A stretch of DNA of 64,000 nucleotides, taken from IMG/VR virus record IMGVR_UViG_2585428076_000002; one strand, 5' to 3'. This stretch comes from an uncultured virus (IMG/VR IMGVR_UViG_2585428076_000002) (taxonomy: Duplodnaviria; Heunggongvirae; Uroviricota; Caudoviricetes). The translations under genes and the position numbers were made by a program. Positions 56,140-64,000 of the stretch are shown piece by piece. The stretch's first letter is position 1, and the number at the start of each line of letters is the position of its first letter. The notes beneath the pieces were generated by a model that did not search any database, had not been told where the DNA came from, and worked only from the letters and a program-made list of their open reading frames with translations.

Positions 56140-56511
56140 TCACCCGAACCTCCTCATTCGCATTTTGGAAAGGGCCTCACCGAGTTCCGGCCAGCTACAC
56201 CAGCAGTTGTAGCCGCCCGTCCAGTCTTTGTCATGCGCCATTGTGCGGTACAAAACGTGGTGATACCACTCGGACGAGCAGAACCGCACATCGCTGATGG
56301 CAACGTATACGAACTCGCCGGTTGTCTCGTCCCGCAGCACTGCCGAGAACTCATAATGTCCGGGGATGAATCTGTGCAGCGCAAACCCCGCCGCCTTTGC
56401 CTGTTTCCGCAGGTCCGCTCTTGCCTCCCGCTGGAAAGCGTCGTAGTCGCTCCCGGTTTCACAACCGAAAGAAAATGTGTGGTGCAGCCACTTACCCATT
56501 CTGTTCGCCAT
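56140..56511 (-). CDS. Hypothetical protein
   Basis: HYEFS...YVAISDVR...LYRT...KDWTGG.N motif; GGAGG RBS. Confidence 0.65.
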   Translation of the reverse strand: MANRMGKWLHHTFSFGCETGSDYDAFQREARADLRKQAKAAGFALHRFIPGHYEFSAVLRDETTGEFVYVAISDVRFCSSEWYHHVLYRTMAHDKDWTGGYNCWCSWPELGEALSKMRMRRFG

Positions 56512-56670
56512 TTTGGTCCACCTCCGCACCCGAATTTAACTTGACCGACCGGAGTATCAGCAGCAAGTCGTCTCGGGTTATGTTTTTCTCCACCAGCAAG
56601 GCGGTGAATTTGTCCATATCTTCCGTAGTTCCAATAGGGATGAATCTCCTGAAAATTACGTCGCTCATTT

Positions 56671-57309
56671 TTAATCGTCAACCTCCAATCTCATGGACCA
56701 CCGAGCGGCTTTCTCTCTGATAAACCGCTCAACTTCTTCACGGTCAAGCCCCAGCGCTGCCGCACAAAGAACAACGTCGGCGAACTCCTCGTTCAGCCTG
56801 TGCGACGCCTCGCTTGTGCTCACTGGCGTGGGGTTGCTCTTGTCTATCGTCCTGCGCAGTTTCAGCGCCGCTTGGGACAGCTCCGCTGCCTCCTCTGCCA
56901 TGCCTGCCAACAACTCGCAGCAGCCAAGCAGGGTGTGAATTTCTGTGAGTTCATGCCCCCAATCTTCAAGAGCCTTTTCGATAGAGCTGCCAAACGCAAG
57001 CTGCTCAGGAATCACATCAACCCTGATGTCGCCCAGAAATGTGTCATCGCAGCAATCTCCGGGTTCGACGGGGTAGAAGTCTGTCAGCATGATCTTTCGT
57101 TTCAGGTCTCTCGACGGGATAAAGCAATTTTGAACCGACGGCACAGTGCCATACCCGGTATCGGCGGGCCAGCCGACAGAGAAGTCTCTGCCGCTCTGCC
57201 GAAGAACATAACAAAGCTCGTTCAGCGAGAGAGGATTGCTCTTTGCAATCAACGGGTACTGGCTGATTTCGTTGCTGAACCACGCTTTGAATTCCGTGAT
57301 GTCTTTCAT
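56671..57309 (-). CDS. Protein with C-terminal MazG-like NTP pyrophosphatase domain
   Basis: AEEAAELSQAALK...EEFADV motif; AAGGAG RBS. Confidence 0.65.
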   Translation of the reverse strand: MKDITEFKAWFSNEISQYPLIAKSNPLSLNELCYVLRQSGRDFSVGWPADTGYGTVPSVQNCFIPSRDLKRKIMLTDFYPVEPGDCCDDTFLGDIRVDVIPEQLAFGSSIEKALEDWGHELTEIHTLLGCCELLAGMAEEAAELSQAALKLRRTIDKSNPTPVSTSEASHRLNEEFADVVLCAAALGLDREEVERFIREKAARWSMRLEVDD

Positions 57310-57335
57310 AAGTACCAACTCCTTTGCAAAATAGA

Positions 57336-57363
57336 AGAAACCCGCCATTTCTGGCGGGTTTCT
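57336..57363 (-). terminator. Terminator hairpin just inside the prophage A right end
   Basis: agaaacccgcca / tggcgggtttct. Confidence 0.7.
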
Positions 57364-57365
57364 GT

Positions 57366-57408
57366 ATATAGGCAAATTCGGCTATCCATCAATTTCATGT
57401 GCAATTCC
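57366..57408. other. att-like site C (prophage A/immA junction), core AA at 57391-57392
   Basis: 31/43 ungapped identity to site B; predicted core falls in the Ile codon of immA HEI. Confidence 0.75.
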
Positions 57409-57696
57409 CCAATGCGTACGACAAGGATTATCCTCTTGCTCATCAAAAAGAATGACAGAACAGCGAGGATAATCTACCACGCAAGCCCCGTTGAACTGCT
57501 CGCAGGTAAAATTACTTAGTGGACGATTGGTTATCTGCGCAAAGTTCTGCACAGAATCAATCACAATCGGACGATTAAATTGGAGATCGGTAACATTCAC
57601 ATGTAAGGTGGAAATAGTCTGTGCCAACAATAGATCAGTTGCAACATTTTGCGCTTTGTCAAAATCAGGTCTCCGAGTGTCTGCTTCGAGTTTCAT
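57382..57696 (-). pseudogene. immA: ImmA/IrrE-family metallopeptidase truncated within HExxH
   Basis: Follows an XRE repressor; ends RTHWGIAHEI|DG-stop where HExxH is expected. Confidence 0.75.
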
Positions 57697-58364
57697 TAGT
57701 CCTCCTTGGGAATTCCAATAGCGTCAAGATAAATATCAATAGCATCATGGAAGTTTTCGATCAATCGAGTACGTTGTTGTCCGGGTATTTTTTCTAGATG
57801 TCTAGCGAGTAATTTTATATTGTTATCATTTTCAACTTCTACATCATGATTATTATTTTGGTGAAGTTGTGAAGCCTCGTCATTACATTTAAGGTCCATG
57901 TTTGCTGGTTTATAAGGGCTGTGATAGATTTCATCTATTTTAATATTCAAGTAAGAAGCGATTTTTTCAGCTAATTTATATCGAACAGGATATAAGCCGG
58001 ATTCAAGGTTTATCAGATCTTCCTCGGTGAGAGCAAGATCACAACTCATTTTTTGTGCAGATATATTTAGATCTTCTCGGATTTGTTTAATAGTGCGACC
58101 ATATAGTAACTTTGTGTCGCAAGACGATGAATTGTCATGTGGTGTTTCGAGGAAGTCTTGCATGTTTTTAAAAGAAGTTTTTCCCAGTAGATAATCTACG
58201 CTTACCTGAAAAAAATTAGCTACTTTTGCTAATTTGTCGCCAGATGGAATGGTATTATCCCATTTTCTGATAGTTCCATTACCAAAATCCATCTTCCGCT
58301 CGAGAGAGGCCAATGTTTCGCCTCGTTCGGAACACATGTTTTTAATCTTTTCAACAAGAGTCAC
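57696..58364 (-). CDS. XRE repressor with two HTH domains (ImmR-like)
   Basis: LASLERKMDFGNGTIRKW..VSVDYLLG and IKQIRE..LINLESG..KIASYL. Confidence 0.8.
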   Translation of the reverse strand: MTLVEKIKNMCSERGETLASLERKMDFGNGTIRKWDNTIPSGDKLAKVANFFQVSVDYLLGKTSFKNMQDFLETPHDNSSSCDTKLLYGRTIKQIREDLNISAQKMSCDLALTEEDLINLESGLYPVRYKLAEKIASYLNIKIDEIYHSPYKPANMDLKCNDEASQLHQNNNHDVEVENDNNIKLLARHLEKIPGQQRTRLIENFHDAIDIYLDAIGIPKED

Positions 58365-58620
58365 GATAATCCCTCCTGCATTCCTGGAAGAAATTCGTCT
58401 ACAGACTATTGACTTTTAAAAAGAAGCATGGTAATATTAGCCTATAGACGAAAGTTCTTAGAGGATATGCACAAATGTGTAGTGTGTATGATATGTAGTA
58501 TGTAATATATAGAAGAATTATAGAGCAATCGTCTGGCATCGAAAGGATTGCTATACCCTTATAATAGCTTATAAGCTAATCAAAGTCAATAGCAAATTTT
58601 CTATTACTGGAGGTGAGTCA

Positions 58621-58917
58621 ATGAAATTGGATAAAATCATAGCACTGTGTTCGGCAGAAGGATCAAATCTTTCCCGTTTGGAAAGAGAATGCGGGCTTTC
58701 GAATGCAGCGATCCGTCGCTGGGAGAACAGTTCGCCCAGTGCAGAGAACCTGCAAAAGGTCGCAGATCATTTTGGGGTGTCTGTGGATTACCTGCTTGGA
58801 CGCGACGACTATGATATTTCGCAGGAAGCATTGGAGTGTGCTAAGCAGTACAGTGAACTCTCCAAGGAAAAACAGCAGCTGGTACAGATCTACATGAGCG
58901 TGATCTCAAAGCAATAA
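58621..58917 (+). CDS. XRE HTH regulator (cro position)
   Basis: LSRLERECGLSNAAIRRW..VADHFGVSVDYLLG. Confidence 0.8.
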   Translation: MKLDKIIALCSAEGSNLSRLERECGLSNAAIRRWENSSPSAENLQKVADHFGVSVDYLLGRDDYDISQEALECAKQYSELSKEKQQLVQIYMSVISKQ

Positions 58918-58922
58918 GGAGT

Positions 58923-59564
58923 GTGATGTCTATGAATCATCTGGTATTTCTTACCCCGAACACGCAGGAGCCGTTTACCACTTCAGATGTGATCGCTGCG
59001 TTTGCCGGAATCCAACACCATACGGTGACGCGCCTGATTCAGCAGCATGAGGCCGACTTCAAAGAGTTTGGAATACTTCGATTTGAAATCGAAGAAATCA
59101 AGGGACGAGGACAACCTGCAAAGCGCTACCAGCTGAACGAAGAGCAGGCAACTTTGCTGATGACCTATCTCAAAAACACAGCACAGGTCAGGGCGTTCAA
59201 GAAAGAGCTGGTTCGCCAGTTCTACGCTATGCGTTTTGAGCTGTATAAAGTGCAGGCGGCCAAGATGGAGCGCCGGCCGGTGCGGGTCAGTATGACCGAT
59301 GCCATTAAGGCGCTGCCCGATAGTCCGCATAAGGCTATGAAGTACGGACAGTACACAGACCTCGCGTATAAGTTGGCACTCGGCCGGACAGCAAGACAGC
59401 TGCGCAAAGACCGTGGTGCAGATAAGCACGCTGTTGCAAGCGACTACATGACCGCTGAAGAAATCTCGCTAGTTTCCGATGTCGAAAACAAGATTGGCGT
59501 ACTGATCGGCATCGGCATGGGCTATCAGGAAATCAAAGCTAAGCTGACGCGACGCATCATGTAG
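58923..59564 (+). CDS. Rha-family phage regulatory protein
   Basis: FTTSDVIA....H..V.RLI; LNEEQATLLMTYLKNT..V..FK..LV.QF. Confidence 0.85.
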   Translation: MMSMNHLVFLTPNTQEPFTTSDVIAAFAGIQHHTVTRLIQQHEADFKEFGILRFEIEEIKGRGQPAKRYQLNEEQATLLMTYLKNTAQVRAFKKELVRQFYAMRFELYKVQAAKMERRPVRVSMTDAIKALPDSPHKAMKYGQYTDLAYKLALGRTARQLRKDRGADKHAVASDYMTAEEISLVSDVENKIGVLIGIGMGYQEIKAKLTRRIM

Positions 59565-59589
59565 TAAAGCTTAGAAGGGAGGAATCCAT

Positions 59590-59781
59590 ATGCCTTGCGA
59601 GCCGCAAGCCTACCGTGCCAATTTGGAACGGATCAAAGCGACCTATCCGGACAAGGAGATGTTAAACATAGGAGAGGTCAAGCGGTTTCTGGGAATTGAC
59701 CGCGAGGTAGTTAAGCGGCGATTCCCATTTCGAGAAAATTATATTTCAGTTGCCACACTGGCGTGGGAACTGAGCATTTAG
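59590..59781 (+). CDS. Small DNA-binding (excisionase-like) protein
   Basis: EMLNIGEVKRFLGID pattern; position. Confidence 0.55.
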   Translation: MPCEPQAYRANLERIKATYPDKEMLNIGEVKRFLGIDREVVKRRFPFRENYISVATLAWELSI

Positions 59782-59792
59782 AGGAGGATATT

Positions 59793-60092
59793 ATGAGTCA
59801 AAAAAGTGCAAAAGCTCTTCGGCGCATTGACCGGAGTAACGTCAACCTGGGCCTGCGCCTGGCGCGGCTGGAGGCCGATGTCCATGAGCTGAGAGCAAGC
59901 TGCAACGCGCTGGAGCATCAGACTAGAATGGACCGCGCGAGCAGCCAGAGCATCGGCCGGGAGCTGTCAATCGTATCGCGTGAGCAGCGCAAGCGGATGG
60001 TTAGCCGCCGCCGTATGGGCCTGCTGGTCGGATCGGCTGCGGTCATCATCTGCCTGATCGGCCTGTCGTTGAAGATCTTCGGGGTGCTGTGA
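59793..60092 (+). CDS. Hypothetical protein with C-terminal TM helix
   Basis: GAGGAGG RBS; hydrophobic C-terminus. Confidence 0.6.
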   Translation: MSQKSAKALRRIDRSNVNLGLRLARLEADVHELRASCNALEHQTRMDRASSQSIGRELSIVSREQRKRMVSRRRMGLLVGSAAVIICLIGLSLKIFGVL

Positions 60093-60559
60093 TGATGAAT
60101 TTATCTGCGGAAGACATCGCTTTTATTCAATCGTCCTACCGGGATGCTAAGTGTAAGTCTTCGCAGCGTAATAAGCTGCGTGAGCTGTATCCAGACATTG
60201 CACCAGCAAAGTTTGCTGAGCTGACTGGTACGTTGGTTTCAGATTGGGTGAAGGGTAAGAAGCTTGATACAGTAGACAAGCCCGCGCACGATCCGGTGCT
60301 GGACTGTTTGATCTTCCGCTCGTTCGACTTGATGGTTGAGCTTGCGCGAGACAAAGGGATTCCCATTGAAACCTGTTGGCGTGATGCGCTGAGCATGCTT
60401 GAGCGCCGGATAGCCAGCAAGCGTAAACAGATCGAGAACCATCCGGCGACTGAAGAATATGAGTTGATGATCGCGGCGATCCTGACCGCGGACGATCTGG
60501 ACACAAAGAAAAAGTGCCCTGCGGGAGTGCCATCCCAACAGAGCACAGATAGTAAGTGA
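60089..60559 (+). CDS. Hypothetical protein
   Basis: 156 aa, operon packing. Confidence 0.55.
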   Translation: MMMNLSAEDIAFIQSSYRDAKCKSSQRNKLRELYPDIAPAKFAELTGTLVSDWVKGKKLDTVDKPAHDPVLDCLIFRSFDLMVELARDKGIPIETCWRDALSMLERRIASKRKQIENHPATEEYELMIAAILTADDLDTKKKCPAGVPSQQSTDSK

Positions 60560-60596
60560 TTCACCTGTATGATACCCCGAAGGAGGGGGATTGTCA

Positions 60597-60785
60597 ATGG
60601 AACGTAAGATTTTAATCTCGGAATATTCCGACGGCACATTTCGCGCGATTGTCGATCAGGAAGAGAGTCAGGCAGAGATTCGGTACTGCGTAGAACCGAA
60701 CAATGAGATCGCGTTGGCCATTTCCGACCTCAAGCTGTTTGCTGATTTCGTGGCGGATCTGGCGCGAGAGGAGGCAACCGAATGA
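60597..60785 (+). CDS. Small hypothetical protein
   Basis: AGGAGG RBS; overlaps the ATPase start. Confidence 0.55.
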   Translation: MERKILISEYSDGTFRAIVDQEESQAEIRYCVEPNNEIALAISDLKLFADFVADLAREEATE

Positions 60786-62692
60786 ACACCATCATTTTGA
60801 AGTCCCTTGATCTGGACCATTTCAAGGGCATTCGCTCGCTGCACATTGATTTTGACGGCGGTCTAACCTCGATCTATGGCGACAACGCCACGGGCAAGAC
60901 TACAGTATACGATGCATTGACTTGGCTACTGTTCGGCAAGGACTCGAGCGGGAGCGCCAAGTTTTCCATCAAGCCGACCGGCATTCCCGGTGTTACGCCG
61001 ACGGTCACCGCCATCCTTGAGATCAACGGCGAACCTATGAAGCTGCGCAAGACGCTGCGTGAGAAGTGGTCGAAGCCCCGCGGCTGCGCGATCGCTCAGT
61101 ACGACGGCGATACGACCGAGTACACCATCGACGATGTGCCGCGCAAGGAAGGCGAGTACAAGCGCATGATCTCCGCTATCATCGACGAAGGCGTTTTCAA
61201 GATGCTGACCAATGTGCACGCTTTTGCGCGGGATTTGCCTTGGAAGGAACGTCGCAAGCAGCTGGCTGAGGTGTGTGGGTTGCCGGATGACAAAGCGATC
61301 CTTACCAGTGCGCCGCAGTTTGCCGAGCTGGCCGCGGCACTGGGTCGCCGGACGGTGGATGAGTACAAGTCCGTTCTGATGGCCGAGCGTAAGGGCGCAA
61401 ACAAGACGCTGGACAGTCTGCCCATCCGCATTGACGAGTGCGAGCGCCGCGCCCGCGAGCTGGATGTGTTGGACTATGACAAGGCGCAGGTAGACAAGGC
61501 CGACCTGGAACTGCGTAAGGGCGCTATCTTGGCTGACCTGTCCCGGTTGGATGGCGGCACGCTGCTGACCGCTGCGGAGGCTGATGTCAAGCATTATGAG
61601 GCGGAGTTGAAAGCACTGGACGCAGAGAATGCCGCGCACCGGGCAAGTCAGAATGTGCCTGTACAGGATGAACGGCCGGCTATTCAACGTAAGTTGGGAG
61701 AACTCTCTTGGACGTTTAACAACCTGAACAAGATGATGGATGACTGCGAGGAGAACGTCCTCAAGGCCGAAGAACAACTGGAGGAATACCGGGCGGTATG
61801 GCGCAGCATTCAGGCAGAGACCTTTACCGGCGATGTTTGCCCGACTTGTGGTCAGAAACTCCCGGCTGTCGAGGCGGCACAGGCCAAGGCTAAGTTTGAA
61901 CAGGACAAGGCTGGGCGGGAAGCGCGACTGGTAAAGGACAGCGATCTGGTTAAGCAGAATCAAGCCGCGCAGAAGGCGCAGTACGCGGAGCTGAAAGAAA
62001 AGGCCGCGCAGGTGCGCGACGAATATGAGCAGATCAAGGCACAGCTGGATGCCTATATTCCGCCGGAAGCACCGGTCATTGAGGATTTACCCGGTTACGC
62101 GGAACGCCGCGCAAAGGTAATGCAGTACATCGAAGAGGCCCGCGAAAAGATCGGTCGTATCCAGTCCGATCAGCAGGCCGAGCGTGACCGGCTGAACAGC
62201 CAGCTGTCCCAGCTGAATATAGAACTGACGCGCGTGTCTCAGGTGTTGGCAGCCAAGGCGCAGCTGGACGAGACCCGCGCTCGTGTGGATGAACTCAAGG
62301 CCGAGCAGCGCACACAGGCGGCAGCTCTTGAGGAAATCGACCGCAAACTTGCAATGTGTGAGGACTTCACCCGCTACCGTTGCCAATTTATCACCGATTC
62401 CGTGAATAGCCGGTTTAAGCTCGCCCGATTCCGACTGTTTGTCGAGCAGGTCAACGGCGGTGTGGCTGACTGCTGCGACGTGATGGTGGACGGCGTACCC
62501 TATGCCGATCTCAACAACGCTATGCAGATCAATGTCGGCCTGGACATCATCGGCACACTGTCCGAGCACTATGGCTTGCGTGTACCGCTGGTCGTGGATA
62601 ACGCTGAATCGGTCACCAGATTACAGGAAATCAACACGCAGGTGATTCGCCTGGTCGTGTCTGAACAGGATAAGGAGCTGAGAGTCGTATGA
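60782..62692 (+). CDS. SbcC/Rad50-like AAA ATPase with coiled coil
   Basis: FKG, Walker A GDNATGKTT, CPTCGQ zinc hook, VDNAES. Confidence 0.88.
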   Translation: MNTIILKSLDLDHFKGIRSLHIDFDGGLTSIYGDNATGKTTVYDALTWLLFGKDSSGSAKFSIKPTGIPGVTPTVTAILEINGEPMKLRKTLREKWSKPRGCAIAQYDGDTTEYTIDDVPRKEGEYKRMISAIIDEGVFKMLTNVHAFARDLPWKERRKQLAEVCGLPDDKAILTSAPQFAELAAALGRRTVDEYKSVLMAERKGANKTLDSLPIRIDECERRARELDVLDYDKAQVDKADLELRKGAILADLSRLDGGTLLTAAEADVKHYEAELKALDAENAAHRASQNVPVQDERPAIQRKLGELSWTFNNLNKMMDDCEENVLKAEEQLEEYRAVWRSIQAETFTGDVCPTCGQKLPAVEAAQAKAKFEQDKAGREARLVKDSDLVKQNQAAQKAQYAELKEKAAQVRDEYEQIKAQLDAYIPPEAPVIEDLPGYAERRAKVMQYIEEAREKIGRIQSDQQAERDRLNSQLSQLNIELTRVSQVLAAKAQLDETRARVDELKAEQRTQAAALEEIDRKLAMCEDFTRYRCQFITDSVNSRFKLARFRLFVEQVNGGVADCCDVMVDGVPYADLNNAMQINVGLDIIGTLSEHYGLRVPLVVDNAESVTRLQEINTQVIRLVVSEQDKELRVV

Positions 62693-63291
62693 AGTTAAAG
62701 GACAAGGTAAAGCCTGCTATCCCGCCGCTCGAAGCTGGCGTGTATATGGCGGTGTGCGTCGTGGTTGCCGATCTTGGCGATCAGTACAGTGAAAAGTTCA
62801 AGAAATCCAGTCGCAAGGTGGTTTTCTCGTTCGATATTCCCACGGAAACGGTTGAGGTCGACGGCGAGCAGAAGCCCCGCCAGCTGTCCAAACGCTGCAC
62901 CTTTTCCGTGAGCAAGAAGGGCAACTTGAATAAGATGCTGAATGCTTGGATGAATGCCAACATGAGTGAGCAGGAGCTTGGAGAACTCGACCTGTTTTCC
63001 CTGATCGGTCGGGGTTGCCAGATCCGCGTGACGGTCTCCGAGGATGGCGCACACAACAACATCGAGGATGTGATGGCATTGCCCAAGGGGATGCCTGCGC
63101 CGCAGTCCGATACCGCTCCCATTACTTATGACATTGACGAAGATGGATTTACCGGTGAGAAATGGGACGCGCTGCCGGCATGGATGCGTGAGGCCATTGA
63201 AAAGAGCGACCAGTATCAGCAGGACCCGCCGGACAAGCCGTTGGATATGCCCGCTGAATCCGCCGCACAGGAAGGGGCGTGCCCGATTTGA
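62689..63291 (+). CDS. Phage replication/recombination protein (putative ssDNA-binding)
   Basis: G.Y.AVC..V.DLG.Q motif; acidic C-terminus; position between ATPase and MBL nuclease. Confidence 0.6.
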   Translation: MKLKDKVKPAIPPLEAGVYMAVCVVVADLGDQYSEKFKKSSRKVVFSFDIPTETVEVDGEQKPRQLSKRCTFSVSKKGNLNKMLNAWMNANMSEQELGELDLFSLIGRGCQIRVTVSEDGAHNNIEDVMALPKGMPAPQSDTAPITYDIDEDGFTGEKWDALPAWMREAIEKSDQYQQDPPDKPLDMPAESAAQEGACPI

Positions 63292-63983
63292 CCTTTCGCA
63301 GTCTGGCCAGCAGCTCCAAGGGCAACGCCTATCTGGTGAGTGACGGCGAAACCGTCTTGCTCTTGGAATGCGGCCTGCCGTATAAGAAGCTGGCCGAAAA
63401 GTCTGGGTTTACCCTCATGGACACCGCCGCTTGCTTTGTGACCCACGAGCACAAGGATCATAGTCATGCAGCGGAACAGCTTGTAAAGCGCGGTATTCCG
63501 GTATTCATGTCTGAGGGCACCGCACGGGCGCTGGAACTGTGGGATGCTGAGATTATCGAACCCAATGTTCCGATCATGGTCGGGGCGTTTCGAGTGATGG
63601 CTTTCCGTGTGGCGCATGATGCAGCCGATCCGGTCGGTTATCTGATTGATGACACACGCACCGGCGAGCGCCTGATGTTCGCAGCAGATACTCGCAGCCT
63701 GTCGTATATCGTCCCGCACCTGACCTATATTGCCGTCGAGTGCAATTACGAAGAAAGCCTTCTGGCTGCATCCCAGCGCATCCCGGAGAGCCTGAAGAAT
63801 CGCATCCGGCACAGCCATTTTGAGGTCGAGGACGTGATCCGGTGGCTAAAAAAGCAGGACTTGTCTCACGTCCTGACCATCTACTTACTGCACCTGTCTG
63901 CTGGGAATAGCCGTGCTGCGGCATGGCAGACACGTTTCGTCCGGGAGTTTCCGGGCGTTGACATTCAGATTTGCAAGGAGTAA
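63279..63983 (+). CDS. Metallo-beta-lactamase-fold hydrolase/nuclease
   Basis: LASSSKGN, THEHKDH, HDA, ECNY, LLHLS. Confidence 0.9.
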   Translation: MPDLTFRSLASSSKGNAYLVSDGETVLLLECGLPYKKLAEKSGFTLMDTAACFVTHEHKDHSHAAEQLVKRGIPVFMSEGTARALELWDAEIIEPNVPIMVGAFRVMAFRVAHDAADPVGYLIDDTRTGERLMFAADTRSLSYIVPHLTYIAVECNYEESLLAASQRIPESLKNRIRHSHFEVEDVIRWLKKQDLSHVLTIYLLHLSAGNSRAAAWQTRFVREFPGVDIQICKE

Positions 63984-64000
63984 AAGACCATGAACGAAAA

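Larger units (their letters stand above)
1..57392. mobile_element. Prophage A (myovirus-type, HK97-fold capsid, DGR-bearing); left end lies outside the window
   Basis: Contiguous terminase, portal, capsid, sheath, baseplate, lysis, replication and immunity genes; right boundary at an att-like site interrupting immA, where GC content drops. Confidence 0.9.
57391..64000. mobile_element. Prophage B, immunity and early/recombination region (partial)
   Basis: immA-repressor / cro-rha-AAA ATPase-MBL hydrolase order; a second independent immunity switch; AT-rich left part. Confidence 0.85.

Noticed and set aside
1..64000. tRNA or rRNA genes
   Set aside because: None recognised by eye; a tRNAscan/Infernal run would be needed to exclude them

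Overview
The window holds two nested or adjacent temperate phage regions, probably from a Bacillota/Clostridia host (inferred from gene content). Phage A (1 to ~57392, GC-rich, contractile-tail type, continuing left of the window) carries early genes, a Pol A/VirE-primase/SNF2 replication module, a cro/cI switch, a large serine recombinase, lysis genes, a DGR diversifying a tail adhesin, tail/head/terminase genes and a ParB/methyltransferase/MetK cluster. Phage B (~57391 to the end) contributes an immA-repressor-cro-rha-recombination region, and its immA gene is cut inside the HExxH motif. Main finding: three mutually related att-like sites at ~6275, ~18146 and ~57391. Reversing the 11.9-kb segment 6275-18147 at a GA/TC core rebuilds a symmetric attP-like site. 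It also restores RBS+ATG in frame to a headless lipoprotein hydrolase gene, reconnects two promoterless operons to strong promoters, and co-orients nearly all lytic genes. The third site has a different core (AA/TT) and is the junction inside phage B immA. This suggests one serine integrase uses two orthogonal att pairs, one to integrate the phage and one to flip its replication module off. All calls are from reading the sequence by eye; no searches were run.
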